Of a DNA stretch of 64,000 nt, positions 1 through 11,560 are shown piece after piece. The position numbers and the translations under genes are program-made. The stretch comes from the human T2T-CHM13v2.0 reference genome, Homo sapiens. The notes below the pieces were generated by a model, which searched no databases, was not told the DNA's origin, and worked only from the letters and a program-made list of their open reading frames with translations. Where the stretch lies: the NCBI RefSeq assembly GCF_009914755.1, contig NC_060936.1. The stretch is one strand, 5' to 3'. Each line of letters begins with the position of its first letter. Position 1 is the stretch's first letter.

Positions 1-310
1 CCAGTGTGTTCTTCTGCCGGTGTGCCCCTCTCATTGTCCTCCTGACGTCCAGCTGCTTGTGTGTTCTTCCACTGGTGTGTGCCTCTTGATGTCCAGCTGC
101 TTGTGGACATGCCCGCTAGGGTCTCAGGGTTTTTATAGGCACAGGATGGGGGCATGGTGGGCCAGGGTGGTCTTGGAAAATTCAACATTTGGGCACAAAA
201 ACAGAAATGACTGTCCTCACCTAGGTCAGTGGGCACAGGTCCGCCGGTGGAGCCCTAGACAGGGACCTGCCCTTCTCTACACAGCACTTCCTTGTCCCCC
301 TTCACAATCA
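1..310 (-). mobile_element. ERV1 LTR1-family LTR, 5' portion (continues off the window)
   Basis: Reverse complement begins TGAT..GAAGGGGGACAAGGAAGTGCTG...CCTAGGTGAGGACAG...CCCAAATGTTG...CCTGTGCCTATAAAAACCC, matching my recall of LTR1-type LTRs. It abuts an MST LTR at 311. Confidence 0.65.
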
Positions 311-391
311 CCTCCTACCAGGGCCTGCCTCCAACCATTAGATTACAACTGAACATGAGGGTGAGTAGGGACACAGATACAAACCATATCA
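311..391 (-). mobile_element. MaLR MSTA-like LTR 5' end, interrupted by the LTR1 element
   Basis: Reverse complement starts TGATATGGTTTG(T)ATCTGTGTCCC...CTCATGTT...GTTGGAGG...GGAGG, the typical MST/THE1 LTR start. Confidence 0.7.
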
Positions 392-1039
392 ATAGGCAAT
401 ATTATTTAGCACTTGTCATAAAGATATCTGTATCTATACTAACATAGATTGATATCTGTCTATATGCTTCTCTGTCGATCTCTCTACATATCCTTTTGCT
501 CCAAATGAAGATGAATTCTGATGCTACTTTTAGAGATCTCACAAAGTCTAAATCTATTCCTCTCTTACAGTTTTGGTGGTTAGAAAAGAAATCAGGTTGC
601 TTTTACAATTTTCCCCAAACTTTTCTGAACTGATGCCTCATATTTCTCTGCAGGGTTTGAGCTAAAGAAGCTTTCATGAGACAGCCCTCTGATATGGCTA
701 TAGTGAATTCAGAGATGCTAGGACAAGACTGGATTTCCTAGATCCCTAATGAGCTAGATTTTCTGGCTGCCTCTAGGTTCAGAAGGAAAGAGTTGTGTGC
801 TTGAATAATGATCCATATAATGGGCTCAAGAGGAGAAATGTAGAATGTGTAGTATATATCTTTGCTATTAGGGATATGACTGACTCATTTTGGGGACCTG
901 AATAAATGAATATATCTTGGGAAGAAAATTCAGCAAGCTAATTGTTAGCAAACTTGTGGCTTTTAGTTAGCTGTTAGTGGCTTTTTGTAAAGGGATTAGG
1001 GTGAGGTCCTCCTACCAGCCTCTTTGGCACTGAGAATAA

Positions 1040-1190
1040 GTATTAATAATAATAGGTAACATTTAAAAGTACTTATGCTAAGCACTGTACTAGGTACTCA
1101 TGAATAATCTTATTAAAACTTCGCAAAAGCCCTATGAAGTAGGTAATATTGTTAATTCCATTTTATAGGTGAGCATACTTAGGCTTTCAG
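1040..1190 (-). mobile_element. MIR SINE
   Basis: aataataggtaacattt...aagcactgtactagg...ccctatgaagtaggt...ccattttataggtgag is the MIR core in reverse. Confidence 0.7.
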
Positions 1191-1738
1191 GCTTATAAAA
1201 GATATATGGGTTTGTCTCCCTGGGTTCCAAAGTGGCAATGCCACCCAGCCCTATGGATTAAAGAAAGTATATTCACTTGCTTATACAGGTCAAATAAAAT
1301 CCTTGATGCTAGGTTTGGTTGTCTGTATCTTTTATGCCTGGTAAATTCTGAGAATCTGTTTCTGGAGCCTTGAGTTCTTAATGTATGCAGTAAAAATACA
1401 TCTATTTGTAGGTCACTGGAAAGGCAAAGGTCTTTCTGTGGTCATGCATTCTCAGCTTTAATTAGTTCAGAGTGAACAGGCAGAGAGTTTGGAGGCTAAG
1501 GAAAGACAGAGGCAAGATTTACTAGGGTGGGCAGCTTGACTATATTTGGAGTAAAGGCTCTAAAATGTGGTCTTTTTTACTTTGCATTTCCCAAAAGGCT
1601 TTTAGGATTTCAATCACGAATTTCCTCTATATTTAAATATAAGAAATGGAAAAATAAGTTTAGAACAACACATTCCTGAATATCAAGCAGGCTGTATATA
1701 TTGCCATTGCAACTTCCCAGGGTATCTATAACTTAGAG

Positions 1739-1925
1739 TAGAGGTTGACAAACTATGGCCCATGGGCCAAAAATGGCCTGCCATCTGGTTCTGCAAACAA
1801 GGTTTTATTGAGAAACAGTCATGTTCATTTATCTATGTATTATGAATGTCTGCTTTAGTCCTACAAATGCAGAGTTGAGTAATTGCAACAGAGAATGTGA
1901 GCCCAAAATATTTACTCTTTGGCCC
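1739..1925 (+). mobile_element. MER58A (hAT-Charlie) DNA transposon
   Basis: gaggttgacaaactatggcccatgggccaaa...gttttattg...gcagagttgagtaattgcaacagag...aaaatatttactctttggccc. Confidence 0.75.
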
Positions 1926-4886
1926 CTAGGTGGGGCTTTGGCCGCAAAACCTACTTTTGGTCAAACTCCTTGGACCTAATGTGAGCTAGAACTTCTATTT
2001 TCCTCTTTAAGGCCTAAGCTAGAAGCCAGCTAAGAGGCTTTCCTGGCCTTCATGGCTTCCTTACTCAAACCCATCACTATGATTTTTGTCCTTTCATCAG
2101 AACAAGTGTTCAAAGAGTTTCTCTAAGGCTTGGAGCACAGCTGCTTAAGCAGTCTTACATTAATGACAAAGTGATGGTTATCAGACAGTAAGAGTAATAG
2201 GATGGAGAGTAACTACAAAAGATGTGATAAAAATGCATAAAGTAATACATAAAATATTTCATGTTTGATAAAGTCAAAGTAGAAGTTTTAGCAGTTAAAG
2301 AAAAAAACTGATCAAATTCTGGAAATGTTAACAGGTGTCATATACAGAATAATAAAAATGAACATTCAGAAAACATGTGTCAAATTTGTCAATGTAATAA
2401 TTCTGCTTTATTGTTAATCATAACTTGGTGCACTATTTTACTAGTGTCCTGTCCTAGGTACAGGGAGAATGTAACCAAAGTGATACCAATTCCATGTCTA
2501 TTGGCTTTACTTTGCAGTTAAAATGATTCAAATTATTAAAATAAAATCAAGCTGTTTTATTCATAACGAGCCAAAGTTATCTTCTTTTGGAATATCTTTT
2601 AGAGATGATGAAAAGATGTATGAAGACCTGTGCTCAGAAATGTATTTACTACAGATCAAAAATCCAAATTACTAGAAAAATTCAATTCGAAGTAGAAAAT
2701 ACATGCTGTTGGATTCTTCATGGAATAGTAACAATACCACTGAATAGAATGTGATTTTTCACAATGTTGAATACGCTCTTAGAACGATAATTTTGTAAAC
2801 ACACTTGGGAGAATATAATTTGAATACAAATGTACTCTTATTTAGCATTTTACAGTATTTACGAATTTCAAATATATCAGAAGAGATCACTTGGCGAATT
2901 GGGAGGAAAATATATTTTTCTTCTCTGTAAGACAGAGAAGTCCAGTAAAAGAGTCCCAATTTATAGCCTCAGATTCTAAACCAAGTATGTCTTTGGCTGA
3001 AGAGATTTCTCCTGGAACATGGTGTGTGGTTCTGGGCATGACACATACAGAGGCACATAAACAACTCCAGAACTTCTAGAAGGGAACAACTGATATAGTT
3101 TGGGAGAAATCTAGCACTGAAGAAGAGTGTGCTGGAAAGATATTTGAAAAGGAGTTTGTCAGTATGGCCCAGTGACTAAAATCAGGACCAACATTATGTA
3201 AATTCAGTTGAAATGTAAGGAAAACAGATTTTAGTTGAATCATGTTCAGAAGAATTCAAATACAGAATTCAAGAAAAGGAATGAATGGTTTCTGGAGGTG
3301 GTGACATTCTTTATTTCTGGAATGTCCATAAGCAGCTATTTGGAGAGACAGTATTCTGAATTTTGAAAAAATATAAGAGGTTATAAAAGAAATCATCAAT
3401 GATACATATTAAAATTCATTATAATGAAAATAAGCTGTAAACATAACAATATAATTGAAAAAATTGCAGAAATGTGTTAAAGGATTTCTAACAATTATAA
3501 GGGATATCTAATTCTCACGTATAAAATTTCAAAACACCAAATATATGAACATAAGACACAAGTAGATAATTCATACATGGGGAATAAACAACTATAAATG
3601 TTTACCTTCACAGTTATTTAAAGAAATTCAAATTAAAACAAATATACCATGTTATACAAATAAAATAAACAAAATGGAGGACAAAAACTAAATTGGTAAT
3701 ATTCAATGGTGGCAAAAGGGTGTTTTAAAATGAACTCCATACATTGCTGGTGGCATTGTACATTGGTATAGCCTTTGCACAAGCAAGAAAACAAGTTAAA
3801 ACACATCATATAAACCATTCATAACTTGCTTCATTAAATCTATTCTTCATGATATTGTCTAAAGAAACAGCTCACGTGATATAAATTACAGTGGCATTTA
3901 TAGTAGTAAAAAAGTTAGAAGGAAATAAACTATACTTACAACAAATCGGTGAAATATGTACCAGCCATTAAACTTTTACTAACATCTAATAATTTCATTG
4001 GAACAATTGTTTCTCCAAAATTTCATGCAAAGGTGGAGATAAAATGATACACACCATGACTGCAACAATGCAAAATGTGTAGGCATGTGAGCCAAGAGAA
4101 GATAAATAAAAACAGTAGCAAAGGTGGTGAAATTACAGTGGTGATTTTCTTCCCTTCACAATTTGTCTTTAAAGGAGTAGTACTGTATTTATTTAAATAA
4201 AGAATTAGGAATGAAAATTTTTTAGACAGTTCTGTGTATACTTTTTAAAGTCTTGTTTTGATAAAGCTTGTGGTATTTTTACTTGCCTGTGAAAAACTAA
4301 CTGGCTTAGTTAGGAAAATACAGGTATATATATTTAGGGTAAATTTGTATATATATATTTTATTAAATATATGTATTTATAAAGTAGAAATATAAAAACA
4401 TAAAATATAAACATGTTTAATCAATTTGTAAACTCATTTTTTGAATGTTAGAAATAGCATTATTTTGAAATAACTGGAATATATGGCATAATATGATACA
4501 TATCGGCAACACAGTTATGCATCCGTGTACCTGGCACCCCTCGTCCACTTCTTAGGATAACTACTATCCTAATTTGATGTCTGTTATTCCCACACAATTT
4601 AATATACTTACACTTGCATAATATATGTCTACACCACATACAGGTTGTTTTTCCCATTTTAAAATTTTATAAATTATCAAAATTATAACGTTTAAAAAAT
4701 TTATTCCTTGTTATACATGTATATTCTGCATCGTAATTTTGTGTCTGGAATTGGTGGGTTCTTGGTCTTGTTGACTTCAAGAATGAAGCCACGGACCCTC
4801 GTGGTGTTACAGTTCTTAAAGATGGTGTGTCCAGAGTTTGTTCTGTCAGATGTTCAGATGTGTCCAGAGTTTCTTCCTTCTGGTGG

Positions 4887-6614
4887 TGAGAGGTGACAGC
4901 ATGCTGGCAGCCCTTGCAAGCCCTAGGTCTCTCTTGGTGCCTCCTCGGCCTTGGCACCCACTCTGGCCATGCTTGAGGAGCCCTTCAGCCTGCCACTGCA
5001 CTGTGGGAGCCCCTTTCTGGGCTGGCCGAGGTCAGAGCTGGTTCCCTCTGCTTGCGGGGAGGCATGGAGGGAGAGGTGGGGGCGGGAACTGGGGCTGCGT
5101 GTGGTGCTTGCGGGCCACTGCGAGTTCTGGGTTGAGATGGGCTCCATGGGCCCTGCACTCGGAGCAGCCGGCTGGCGCCACGCCAGGCAGTGAGAGGCTT
5201 AGCACCTGGGCCGGTAGCTGTGGAGGGTGCTCCGGGTTCCCCAGCAGTGCCGGGCCGGCGCTTCGCTCAAATTCTCACTGGGCCTTAGCTGCCTCCCCGT
5301 GGGGCAGGGCTCGGGACCTGCAGCCTGCCATGGCCGAGCCTCCCACCACCGTGGGCTCCCGCATGGCCCAAGCCTCCCCGATGAGTGCCGCCCCCTGCTC
5401 CGTGGCACCGAGGCCCTTCGACCACCCAAGGGCTGAGGAGTGTGGGCATGTGGCGTGGGACTGGCCTGCAGCTCCACCTGTGGCCCTGGTGCGGGATCTA
5501 CTAGGTGAAGCCAGCTGGGCTCCTGAGTCTAGTGGGGACTTGGAGAACCTTTATGTCTAGCTAAGGGATTGTAAATACACCAATCAGCACTCTAGCTCAA
5601 GGTTTGTAAACACACCAATCAGCACCCCCTGTCTAGCTCAAGGTTTGTAAATGCACCAATCAGTGCTCTGTGTCTAGCTGTTCTAGTGGGGACTTGGAGA
5701 ACTTTTATGTCTAGCTAGAAGATTGTAAATGCACCAATCAGCACTCTGTGTCTAGCTAAAGTTTTGTAAACACACCAATCAGTGCTCTGTGTCTAGCTAT
5801 TCTAGTGGGGACTTGGAGAACTTTTATGCCTAGCTAAAGGTTTGTAAATGCACCAATCAGCACCCTGTGTCTATCTCAAGGTTTGTAAATGCACCAATCA
5901 GTGCTCTGTGTCTAGCTAATCTAGTGGGGACTTGGAGAACTTTCGTGTCTAGCTAAAGGATTGTAAATGTACCAATCGGCACTCTGTGTCTAGCTCAAGA
6001 TTTGTAAACGCACCAATCAGTGCTCTGTCAAAATGGACCAATCAGCCTTCTATAAAATGGACCAATCAGCTCTCTGTAAAATGGGCCAATCAGCTCTCTA
6101 TAAAATGGATCAATCAGCAGGATGTGGGTGGGACCAGATAAGGGAATAAAAGAAGGCTGCCCCAGCCAGTAGTGGCAACCTGCTTGGGTCCCCTTCCACA
6201 CTGTGGAAGCTTTGTTCTTTCGCTCTTTGCAATAAATCTTGCTGCTGCTCACTCTTTGGGTCCGCACTGCCTTTATGAGCTGTAACACTCACCACAAAGG
6301 TGTGCAGCCTCACTCCTGAGGCCAGTGAAACCACAAACCCACCAGGAGGAATGAACAACTCCAGATGGAAGGAACGAACAACTCCAGACGCGCCACCTTA
6401 AGAGCTGTAATGCTCACAGCGAAGGTCTGCAGCTTCACTCTGGAAGCCAGTGAGACCACGAACCCACCAGAAGGAAGAAACTCTGAACACATCTAAACAT
6501 CAGAAGGAACAAACTCCGGACACGCTGCCTTTAAGAACTGTAACACTCACCGCAAGGGTCCGGGGCTTCATTCTTGAAGTCAGTGAGACCAAGAACCCAC
6601 CAATTCTGGACACA
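4887..6614 (+). mobile_element. ERV9 solo LTR, LTR12C/E-like (1728 bp), nested inside the host LTR12
   Basis: Starts TGAGAGGTGACAGC at 4887 and ends CCACCAATTCTGGACACA at 6614. TSD GTGG at 4883-4886 and 6615-6618. Removing it restores ttccttctggtgggttcgtgg of the host. GC-rich U3 with tandem CCAAT repeats. Confidence 0.95.
5530..6151 (+). promoter_or_regulatory. LTR12 enhancer/promoter: 12 intact CCAAT (NF-Y) boxes, 4 GTGGGGACTTGGAGAAC units, GATA site and AATAAAA TATA-like box
   Basis: CCAAT boxes counted from 5580 to 6090. AGATAA at 6136-6141 and AATAAAA at 6145-6151. ERV9 LTR promoter architecture is established knowledge; activity of this copy is not shown by sequence. Confidence 0.7.
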
Positions 6615-7009
6615 GTGGGTTCGTGGTATCAGTGACTTCAGGAGTGAAGCTGCAGACCTTCACGGCGAGTGTTACAGCTCTTAAAGGTGGCGCGTCAGGA
6701 GTTGTTCATTCCTTCCTGTGTGTTTGTGGTCTTGCCAGCCTCAGGAGTGAAGCTGCAGACCTTCACGGTGACTGTTACAGTTCATAAAGGTGGTGCGTCC
6801 AGAGTTGTTCCTTCCTTCTGGTGGGTTCGTCGTCTCACTGGCTTAAGGAGTGAAGCTGCAGACCTTCGTGGTGAGTGCTACAGGTCTTAAAACACAGCAG
6901 GGACCCAAAGAGTGAGCAGCAGCAACATGTATCGCGAAGAGAGAAAGAACAAAGCTTCCATGGCGTGGAAGGGGACCTGAGCAGGTTGCTGCTACTCGCT
7001 CAGGTGGCC

Positions 7010-7215
7010 TGCTTTTATTCCCTTATCTGGCCTCACCTACATCCTGCTGATTGGTCCATTTTACAGAGAGCTGATTGGTCCGTTTTACAGAGAGCTGATT
7101 GGTCCATTTTGACAGAGTGCTGATTGGTGCGTTTACAAACCTTTAGCTAGACAGAGTGGTGATTGGTGCATTTACAATCCTTTAGCTAGAGGGAAAAGTT
7201 CCCCAAGTCCCCACC
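7010..7215 (-). promoter_or_regulatory. Host LTR12 promoter (5 CCAAT boxes, GATA, AATAAAA TATA-like box), pointing leftwards
   Basis: Plus strand gcttttattcccttatct (7011-7028) is the reverse complement of AGATAAGGGAATAAAAGC. ATTGG occurs five times in 7050-7170. Confidence 0.6.
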
Positions 7216-7927
7216 TGTCCAAGAAGCCCAGCCAACTTCACCTCTCACTGGCACTCTCTGCCAGACTTTGTGGCTCCTAGCTCTGGCATTCTGGCAGCCC
7301 AGAGAGAGGTTGCCCCAGACAACCAAGAGGAAAAGAGGGGAAGCGAGAAAGAGACAGAGACCCACCATCCTGGCCAACAACCCTGCGAAGAGGGAAATTG
7401 GCAGTCCATGCACAGGACCCAGCCTCTGATCAAGCCCAGCAGGCACAGGCTGGCCACGTGGAGTGTGGGGCCCTCCAAGCCGCGCCCACCCAGAACCTAG
7501 GCCAGCCTGCCAGCGCGGCTTGCAGTCCCGGCTCCCACCTGTGCCTCTCCCTCCACACCTCCCTGCGAGCAGAGGGAGTCGGCTCCAGCCTTGGCCAGCC
7601 CCAGAGAGGGGCCCCCACAGCACAGCGGCCGGCTTAAGGGCTCCTCGAGCATGGCCAGAGTGGACGCTGAGGCTGAAGAGGCACAGAGAGCAAGCAAGGG
7701 CTGCTAGCACGTTGTTACCTCTCAATTTTTCTAAACATTGTTTGTGAGACTCATTCTTGTTGGTATATGTAGTTTTATTTATTTTCATTCGAGTATTCCA
7801 AATAAACATACCACATTTTGTTTATCAATGACTGTATTAACATTTGAATGGTTTCCAGTATTCTGTTATTACAAATAAAGCTGTTATAAACATCTTCTTG
7901 TCCATGTGTATGAGAATTCTTCTATAT

Positions 7928-8125
7928 CACTTCTGTTGAATAGAACATTTTACAATTATAGAAATGTTCATTGTGCTGCCCAATAGAGTAGTCACTAGTC
8001 ACAGAGTAGCTACTGAGCTCTTGAAATGTGGCTCATGCAAATGGAGAACTGAATGTAATTTAATTTTAATACATTTTAATTTAATAGCCACAAATGGCCA
8101 GTGGCTACTGCATTGAACAGTGCAG
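7928..8125 (+). mobile_element. MER3 (hAT-Charlie)
   Basis: ctgttgaatagaac...gaaatgttc...gtagtcactagtcac...ttgaaatgtggct...aatagccaca...gtggctactgcattgaacagtgcag. Confidence 0.75.
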
Positions 8126-9039
8126 TTCTAGATCATGTACTTGGGAGTATATACTGAGTCATGCACATCTTCAACTTTCTGCACTGCAAAGTTACCCTCC
8201 AAACTGGTTTGGAGATGTGTGTATAGTGTACAAGCACAGTATTCCTGTTGTTTCATATGCTCACCAATATCTGGTGTTATATTACTTTTTAATTTTGTCA
8301 TTTTTGCCTATTGCATCATTGTGGTTTTAATATACATTTACTTGATTACTAGTGACCCTAAGCAAATTTTACATGCTTGTTAGTCATTCTGGGATTTCCT
8401 TTCTTGTAGCATACCTAGGCATTGCTTCTGATCATTTTTCTGTTGGATGCATTGTACTTTTCTTCTTTTTAGGACATATATATATATATATATATATATG
8501 CATATATATATGCTTTTTGAGTTTATTTAAAAGTATTCTAAAGCCAAAAACAATTCTAATTTTTTTTCATAAATTTATTTTATTTTTCACATTTTGGTCT
8601 TTCTCTTATGTGGAATTTATTTTTATGAAATAAGGATCAATGTCTATGTTTTTGCTTTCCCATAATCAATTTCACAGCCTCGCTCAGTGTAACTTCTATC
8701 CTCTATCAAGTATCTATATGTGTATAGGATGGTTTCTGAGTTTTTGATGAAAATGTTCATGTTATCTAGCTTGTCTATTCCTAAAACAATGACTCTTAAT
8801 TCCTATAGCTTTATACCTTCTTGATACATGGTAGAATAAGTATCCCCTGTCTCCAAATAGAATCTTTTCTCAAAGTATTCCTGGCTATTCTTGGACATTT
8901 GTTTTTCTATAATAGTTTACAATCACCTTAAAATAACATTTTTAAAATTATAACTACTGGGGAGAATTGATATTTTTGTGACATTGTCTTTCTGCCCATT
9001 ATTTCATTAAATTGAATATTCTTTCATGTTAAATCCTTT

Positions 9040-9680
9040 TGATTCTCATTATTACCATCCTAGTCCAAACCATTATTCTCTTGTCTGAAATTCTGTGGTA
9101 TGAATGTGCCTCCTGAGTACATGTTCACCAACACCGCTCGTTTCTCCCCCAACCCCACCTGTTTGTTCTCCACATAGTAACAAGACAGATCATTTTACCT
9201 GTCATATTATAGCACAGCTATGCTCAAAACTCGCTAATGCCTCCTATGTCACTAAGAATAAAAACACAAATCGCTAACCATGGCCTAGGAGAACCTGATT
9301 TGGTCACTCCTCTGACAGCATCTTCTACATGTTTCCACGTTCTCATTCCACTCAAGACATGTAGGTGTGCTTCCACCTCAGACCTGTGCACACTGTTCCC
9401 TCTGCTTGTAACTCCTTCCCTCCAGGTATGAAAATGGCTCCAGGTATGAAAATGGCTCATGCTGTCACCTCATCCAAGTATTTGCCCCAATACTATTTTG
9501 TTGTGGAGAGGACTTCCTGTCCAACCAACCTAAATGATCACCCCTCTCCACAACAGTATCCCAAGCCAGCTTAACTTTTCTTCTAGCTCTTATCACCACC
9601 TGAAATGGTATCTATTTATTTGTTGATTTTCTTTCTCCTCCATTAGGACATGTACTTTATGAGTCAGCAATAAATGAATG
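9040..9680 (+). mobile_element. L2 LINE 3' fragment
   Basis: accatcctagtccaaaccatt...cctcagacctgtgcacactgttccctctgc..., ending in aataaatgaatg (L2 tail). Confidence 0.65.
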
Positions 9681-10950
9681 CTTATGCTTTGCACATACTT
9701 TGTTCATTATTTTTCTTTTCTTTCTCTATGGCTGTGGTTTTGTGAAAGAAAGAGAAAAAGCCTCAAAAATAAACTCACTATCATTTCTGCTTTTACATAG
9801 AATTATACTCTTATTTCAGGCTGCTTTTCTAAAACACCTAACATTGGAGATAAATAAGAGGTCATGTTTTAAATGCAATATATTGGTGGTGGCAGTAACA
9901 TAGCGTGCCATCCATCATTTGGAATAAATAAAAATTTCAGACTCTGTCATGCAAACAATCTCTGTGAACAATTATTTAATACAAATACAAAGACAAAAGA
10001 TATGGGGGAGTTGTCCCAGCCTGGCAAGTAGAGAGAATATAAGAAACTGCAACTCAGATTATCCTGTTCCAAACTTCTCCAATAGTTCTATTCCTTGCCT
10101 ACTTATGTCACCACCAATCCGGAGCTACTGTAGCCCAAGGAATTCCTGACTTTCTACCTGCAGGTCTATTAAGTAAGGGCAATTATTCTGCAAAGAGGTG
10201 ACAACTCCTTTATGGAAAATGTTGAATTCTAGGGTAGAAAACTGTGCAGTAATGAAATGTCAGTAAGACCACAAGGAGCCAACTCCACTGCAATGGTGAC
10301 TGCAGACAGGGAGTGTCCAGGTACCACAGTGAACAAAGTGGGTACAGAGCACAGCATCCACTTACTGTCTTCAGGGATGCTTTTGGCATGACTCTCTCAA
10401 GAGATCAATTTACTGTTGAGCTACAACACTCTACATTTGAAAAAATGGAAAATAAAAAGTCTTTCTTTAAGAACAGTTGGTATTGTCAATCCTTAAGCTA
10501 CCTACATCAACAGGACTGGGACCATGCAGGTATCTGTGGGATGTGCCGACCTTCAGAGGAAGTCCTAACTAGTCAGCAATGTGGAGCTTTGATAGATGAG
10601 GTCATGCTTAGTGAACTGAAGCTCATATTTTATTCAGTAGATGTAACCTCAGTTTTATTCAACTGAATAACTTCCGCTACTCCAACACTCAAGAGTATTG
10701 ACTGCTGTTTTAGAGCTTTGATATGCCATTCATTTTGTAAAGGCAATTTACAGGGTGTTTCAACTTTGGCTATAGATAACCAAGTTATGGGAAGGATGAA
10801 AGGGTTCCATGATATTGCAGTATAATTGAACAAATGCATGACTCTTTTTACCATTATATAAGGCAAACCAAAAAAAGCAATATGGCAGTCTTTTAAAAAG
10901 GGAGATAAACTATACAGGTTACTAAACCAAAGAATCATAGCGAAATATTC

Positions 10951-10977
10951 TTTTTTTTTTTTTTTTTTTTTTTTTTT
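10951..10977. repeat. Poly(T)27
   Basis: Uninterrupted T run. Confidence 0.95.
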
Positions 10978-11529
10978 GCAGAAAAGGGGAAATAAAGAAA
11001 ATGGAGTAAAGACTATTTTCACCAAGGCCTGCCCTTAAAGGAGCTAAGCACCCTCAAAATAAATTCATGCTTCTTAGCTCTCACTTTCCCTTAATATTGG
11101 CACAACTCAGCCATGGCATTCTGCCAATTATCATCAGAGTGAGAAATGGGGTATTAACCTTCCCTTTTTCAAGGAACAAAGTTCTTAAGAAACAATTGAT
11201 TACTGCTTGCCCAGGGCCTGCACATGAAACAGTAATTCTCCTGGGGAATCTACTATTTGTGGAGTAAACCTTGAAGAAAAAAAAATTCAATCTGAATTCA
11301 TGTGTTGCTTTAATAGTCGTTGAATTATCATAGTCTTGTATTTTCCTTCTTTTCTTCTTAACTATGAGTTTTCTTTCACTCAGCGGCCTATAGAAACCAA
11401 GGATCTGCAAGCCACCAATATGCCCAGAGCCCTACAAAGATTTCCAAAGGATTTGTAATATAAAATTCCAGCCTTGCTTCTCCTTCCAGAAGGACATATC
11501 TAAATGACAAATATGTATCTATATGGGTG

Positions 11530-11531
<2 letters not shown>

Positions 11532-11560
<29 letters not shown>
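11532..11560. repeat. (AC)n microsatellite
   Basis: About 14 AC units. Confidence 0.9.

Larger units (their letters stand above)
4740..7724 (-). mobile_element. ERV9 solo LTR, LTR12D-like (host; split into 4740-4886 and 6619-7724, ~1253 bp when rejoined)
   Basis: Minus-strand start TGAGAGGTAACAACGTGCTAGCAG at 7724 and end ...CCACCAATTCCAGACACA at 4740. Perfect 4-bp TSD ATTT at 4736-4739 and 7725-7728. Five CCAAT boxes at 7050-7170. Confidence 0.92.
4480..9030 (-). mobile_element. Ancient L1M (L1ME-like) fragment hosting the LTR12 pair and a MER3
   Basis: Degenerate L1 3' sequence in reverse on both sides of the LTRs (e.g. 7730-7920 aaacattgtttgtgagactcatt...ccacattttgtttatc...attacaaataaagctg; 8200-8460). 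Boundaries approximate. Confidence 0.55.

Noticed and set aside
5530-6120. Regularly spaced repeats that superficially resemble a CRISPR array
   Set aside because: There are no unique spacers and no cas genes. These are ERV9 U3 tandem repeats in primate DNA.
4667-7809. Cluster of longer ORFs (240 aa, 207 aa and others)
   Set aside because: All lie in GC-rich LTR12 sequence where stops are scarce. They show no recognisable domains and no gag/pol/env, since both elements are solo LTRs.
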